This document shows positions 14,960 to 17,400 of a stretch of DNA of 17,400 bases, in pieces. The stretch's first letter is position 1; each line of letters begins with the position of its first letter. The DNA is from Thermoplasmata archaeon (GTDB taxonomy: Archaea; Thermoplasmatota; SW-10-69-26; JACQPN01; JAJPHT01): NCBI GenBank assembly GCA_034667685.1, contig JAXDQU010000036.1:1-17400 (forward strand), in the 5' to 3' direction. Below the pieces are notes generated by a model. That model was not told the origin of the DNA and searched no databases. It worked only from the letters and a program-made list of their open reading frames with translations. The position numbers and the translations under genes are program-made.

Positions 14960-15578
14960 GGTGGTCGTCGTGACGGACGCCGAGCTTGACCCCGTGCTGA
15001 TCGTGGAGGCCGCGCTCTTCAGCGCCGGCAAGCCCGTGGGCGTCGACGAGATCGCGCAGAACACCGGCCTCGACAAGCGCAAGGTGCTCCCCGCGCTGAA
15101 GGAATTGCACGCGCGCTACGCCGCCGCCTCCAGCGCGCTGGAGATCGGCCGCGCCGGCGACAAGTGGGGCATGCAGGTGCGCACCGCGTACGCGCCCAGC
15201 ACGACCAAGCTCGCGCCGATGGAGATCCCGATCAAGCTGCTCAAGACGCTCGCGCTGATCGCCTACCACCAGCCGGTCCTCCAGAGCGACCTCAAGGAGA
15301 TGGTGGGCGACAAGGTCTACGACCACATCCGCGAGCTGCAGGAGGCGGGCCTCGTGCGCAAGCGCGTCCACGAGCGCAGCTTCCTCCTCGTCACGTCCGA
15401 CCGCTTCCCGGAATACTTCGGCATCCCCGCCGCCGACCGCGAGGGCATCAAGCACTTCCTGGCCGACAAGGTCGGCCTCGCGCTGCCCACCACGGACAAG
15501 GACGGAAATCGGAAGCTCAGCACGTTCCCCGAAGGAGAACCTTCGACGAACGAGCCCCCGCACGATTCGCCCGCGTAG
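14946..15578 (+). CDS. scpB: Segregation and condensation protein B (kite subunit), 210 aa
   Basis: IVEAALFSAGKPV, LKTLALIAYHQPV, YDHIRELQEAGLV and TSDRFPEYFG. Overlaps the end of scpA. Confidence 0.95.
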   Translation: MATTEVVVVTDAELDPVLIVEAALFSAGKPVGVDEIAQNTGLDKRKVLPALKELHARYAAASSALEIGRAGDKWGMQVRTAYAPSTTKLAPMEIPIKLLKTLALIAYHQPVLQSDLKEMVGDKVYDHIRELQEAGLVRKRVHERSFLLVTSDRFPEYFGIPAADREGIKHFLADKVGLALPTTDKDGNRKLSTFPEGEPSTNEPPHDSPA

Positions 15579-15619
15579 TCGCAAAGCGCAAGACGCGGCC
15601 CGGGAACCTCGCCGCCATC

Positions 15620-16555
15620 ATGCGGACGAAGGCGCTGCTGCTCGCCACGGTCCTTCTCGCCGCCGCCTTGGCGGGATGCTCGGCCCGTGCCCAGCACCCC
15701 GACCCCAAGCTCGTCCAGGCGACGGCCAACACCAAGGCCGACCGCTGGCAGACCGGCGACTGGTGGAGCTATCACGCGACGCTGAATGGCAACCAGTCGT
15801 TGGACGTCGACCTCGTGGTGGACCGCGCCGCGCCCGAGGGCTTCACGCTGGGCACCAACGCCTCCTCCGGCTTCTTCGGGCTCCCCTTCCTGGGCAACGT
15901 CACGCGCGGCCTGAACCCGCAGATCGGCGACGAGGTCTGGCCCATGTTCCAGTTCCCGCTCTCCGACGGCGCCTCCTGGAGCTATCATCTGTGGGGGCAC
16001 GACGCGCGCGCCGAGGCCCACGCCACCGTCGTCGACGTCCCCGGAAGCGGCCCCGAGCCCGGCTTCGCCATCACCGCCACCAGCCTCGGCCAGGTCTTCG
16101 CGCGCTACGACTATGCGCCGGGCCCCGGCTGGTTCACGCACCTCGAGCTGCTCGACCCCGGCAAGGGGGGCAAGGCCGTGCTCGTCGCCGACCTGCGCGC
16201 CTACGGCAGCAACTACCACGGCCTCTACTACGTCGAGGAGACGCTCGCCACCCTGCGCCTCGCCGCGCCGATGGACCTGCCCACGCCGCGCGCCCTCGCC
16301 GTGCCCGCCGCCGACTCGCCGGTGCGGGTCCACATGGTCGTCGCGTGGACCGCGGGCGCCTGCGACGCCACGATCCAGGACGAGTCGCGCCAGACGCTCG
16401 CCCACGCGCAGGTCCTCGCCCAGGGCGCCGCCAGCGCGGACGCGACGCTCCCCCAAGGCGCGCATGTGCTGGCCCTCGACCCCAAGTGCGTCGGCAGCGG
16501 CACGCTCTACCTGGTGGCGACCGGCGTGCGGGCGCGGCAAGGGTTGGCGGGCTAG
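15620..16555 (+). CDS. Lipoprotein with a WxxGDWWxY domain plus a C-terminal beta domain, 311 aa
   Basis: Lipobox MRTKALLLATVLLAAALAGC, WQTGDWWSY, FPLSDGASW and YDYAPGPGWF. AAAGCGCAAG upstream at 15583-15592. Confidence 0.85.
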   Translation: MRTKALLLATVLLAAALAGCSARAQHPDPKLVQATANTKADRWQTGDWWSYHATLNGNQSLDVDLVVDRAAPEGFTLGTNASSGFFGLPFLGNVTRGLNPQIGDEVWPMFQFPLSDGASWSYHLWGHDARAEAHATVVDVPGSGPEPGFAITATSLGQVFARYDYAPGPGWFTHLELLDPGKGGKAVLVADLRAYGSNYHGLYYVEETLATLRLAAPMDLPTPRALAVPAADSPVRVHMVVAWTAGACDATIQDESRQTLAHAQVLAQGAASADATLPQGAHVLALDPKCVGSGTLYLVATGVRARQGLAG

Positions 16556-17400
16556 AGAACGCGGCCGCGCCGCCCGCACGACGGACACGCGACGTCCACC
16601 GGCGCGCCGGTCGCCTCGTACGGGATGAGCGTGCCGCACCGCGGGCACTTCGTCGTGCGGAAACGCTCCGCCGCGGGCGAGGGCTGGGGCGAAGGCTCCG
16701 CCGGGGGAGCGCGCTCCGCCAACGCCCAGTACGCCGCGGGCAGGATCGCGAGGAACGGCATCACGAGCCACACCGGCACCCAGCGCACGAGCGCGCCGGC
16801 CCATGCGCCATCGAGCCCGAGCCGCGTTAGGAGAGCGAGGCCCCCGATCGTCAGCGCCGCCTGCGCGACGAAGGCCACGAGCATCGCGAACACGGAAAGC
16901 GCCGTGAAGCCGAGCACGCGCCGCTCGCGCGCGAACCGCCGGCTCGCCTCGAACGCGTCGCCCAACCCGCGCCGCCGATCCGCGAGCGCCACCGGGACGA
17001 ACTGATGGCTGTGGTAGAACACGACCGCGCCCACGAGCGCCAGGAGCGCGCCGCCCGCGTAGAGCAGCGTGAGCACGAGGCCCAGCGCGAGGAGCGACAA
17101 GGGCGAGCGCACGATCGCCGCGAGCGCGCTCCTCCCGCCGCGCGCCCGATCGAGCACCAGGGCGCCGGTGGGCGCGAAGAGCGCCAGGTTCAACGCCGAT
17201 ATCAAAAGGAGCACGGGAAGCGCCACGCCCAGGTACGAGAGCGAGGCCGAGAGCCCCACCGGCGCCGGATGCGACGCGTCGTAGGCGTCCAACGCCAGCT
17301 CGCCCGCCACGTCCACCACCAGCGCCGGCACCCACAGCAGGAGCGCCGCGCCGTAGTGCCGCCGCGCGAAGCGGAGCGCCTCCGCCGCCGCGGCCGTGGG
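16552..17400 (-). CDS. Multi-pass membrane protein with a C-terminal zinc ribbon (5' end beyond the right edge)
   Basis: The frame is open to 17400 (PTAAAAEALRFARRHYGAALLLWVP...). About six hydrophobic segments, an amphipathic GLGDAFEASRRF, and terminal CPRCG-x15-CPSCG. Confidence 0.85.
   Translation of the reverse strand, partial: PTAAAAEALRFARRHYGAALLLWVPALVVDVAGELALDAYDASHPAPVGLSASLSYLGVALPVLLLISALNLALFAPTGALVLDRARGGRSALAAIVRSPLSLLALGLVLTLLYAGGALLALVGAVVFYHSHQFVPVALADRRRGLGDAFEASRRFARERRVLGFTALSVFAMLVAFVAQAALTIGGLALLTRLGLDGAWAGALVRWVPVWLVMPFLAILPAAYWALAERAPPAEPSPQPSPAAERFRTTKCPRCGTLIPYEATGAPVDVACPSCGRRGRVL

Noticed and set aside
10269-15578. Wadjet/MksBEFG defence system
   Set aside because: Canonical full-length Smc with a standard hinge, smc-first order, ordinary ScpA/ScpB motifs and no JetD nuclease.

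Overview
Very GC-rich prokaryotic DNA, most likely from an uncultured archaeon (Thermoplasmatota-like, by inference). The clues are archaeal-style Smc/ScpA/ScpB and SufU sequences, short AT-richer boxes about 23-33 nt upstream of many start codons (leaderless genes), and several LAGC lipoproteins. In order, the window holds: the start of a minus-strand secreted/membrane gene; a 64-nt poly-C tract (probably an artefact); a sufD-sufS-sufU-sufC Fe-S cluster operon with no sufB; a translationally coupled three-gene operon encoding two paralogous secreted beta-strand proteins (AbpA/TasA-like filament subunit candidates) around a small membrane protein; a DedA/VTT-domain membrane protein; a lipoprotein; a SlyD-type FKBP PPIase; two hypothetical proteins and another lipoprotein; smc-scpA-scpB; a third lipoprotein; and a truncated membrane protein with a C-terminal zinc ribbon. 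The best candidates for novelty are (1) the putative bundling-pilus/TasA-like fibre operon, (2) two structured intergenic elements, each behind a copy of the same promoter-like motif and flanking an orphan helical ORF, and (3) a ~100-bp hairpin between smc and scpA that is spanned exactly by a 37-codon ORF linking the smc stop to the scpA start. All family assignments come from motif recognition, not database searches.
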